Assembly (NCBI GenBank): GCA_964016885.1
Contig: OZ024743.1
Span: 243,908,001-243,972,000 of the forward strand
DNA length: 64,000 nt
DNA from: Eledone cirrhosa
Taxonomy: Eukaryota
Reading direction: 5' to 3'
Shown here: one piece after another, positions 63,888 to 64,000 of the stretch
Numbering within the stretch: position 1 is the first letter of the stretch
Layout of the letters: every line of letters begins with the position of its first letter
The notes under the pieces: model-generated
What the model was told of the DNA's origin: nothing
The model's input: only the letters and a program-made list of their open reading frames with translations
The model's database searches: none
Program-made: the position numbers and the translations under genes

Positions 63888-64000
63888 CATAAATAAATAA
63901 ATACATTAAAGTGTTATATGATTTCTCCTCAGTAACACTACTCTCAAAATGCATAAGCACCAAAAAAGAGGTATATGAGTTATGGAAGAAAAAGAACCAA

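Noticed and set aside
63888-64000. Possible start of another R4/Dong-like coding fragment (KKEVYELWKKKNQ)
   Set aside because: Too short at the window edge to support

Overview
Repeat-dominated eukaryotic (metazoan) genomic DNA with no recognisable host protein-coding gene. Extreme microsatellite density and the tRNA-derived SINE families suggest a cephalopod such as Octopus (inference only). Main content: (1) a ~21 kb array (42.85-63.9 kb) of five non-LTR retrotransposons separated by (ATT)n/(TAA)n tracts: three Tx1/L1-clade LINEs on + (one fully intact, 51928-57954) and two 5'-truncated R4/Dong-clade RLE elements on -; (2) two older Tx1-like copies on - (2.85-8.5 kb, 21.3-24.2 kb); (3) a near-intact Penelope-like element (RT + GIY-YIG) with direct and inverted pseudo-LTRs, plus several small (TA)n-embedded PLE-like remnants and foldbacks carrying minimal type I hammerhead folds, some with non-canonical cores; (4) Tc1 and mariner remnants, Helitron-like and piggyBac-like MITEs, SINEs, mini- and microsatellites. 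Most notable observation: in divergent Tx1 families the ORF1 stop codon overlaps a perfect GTAAGT splice donor, and removal of a 39-53 nt GT...AG segment fuses ORF1 in frame to ORF2 in all three copies where it can be tested. All alignments and folds were done by eye.
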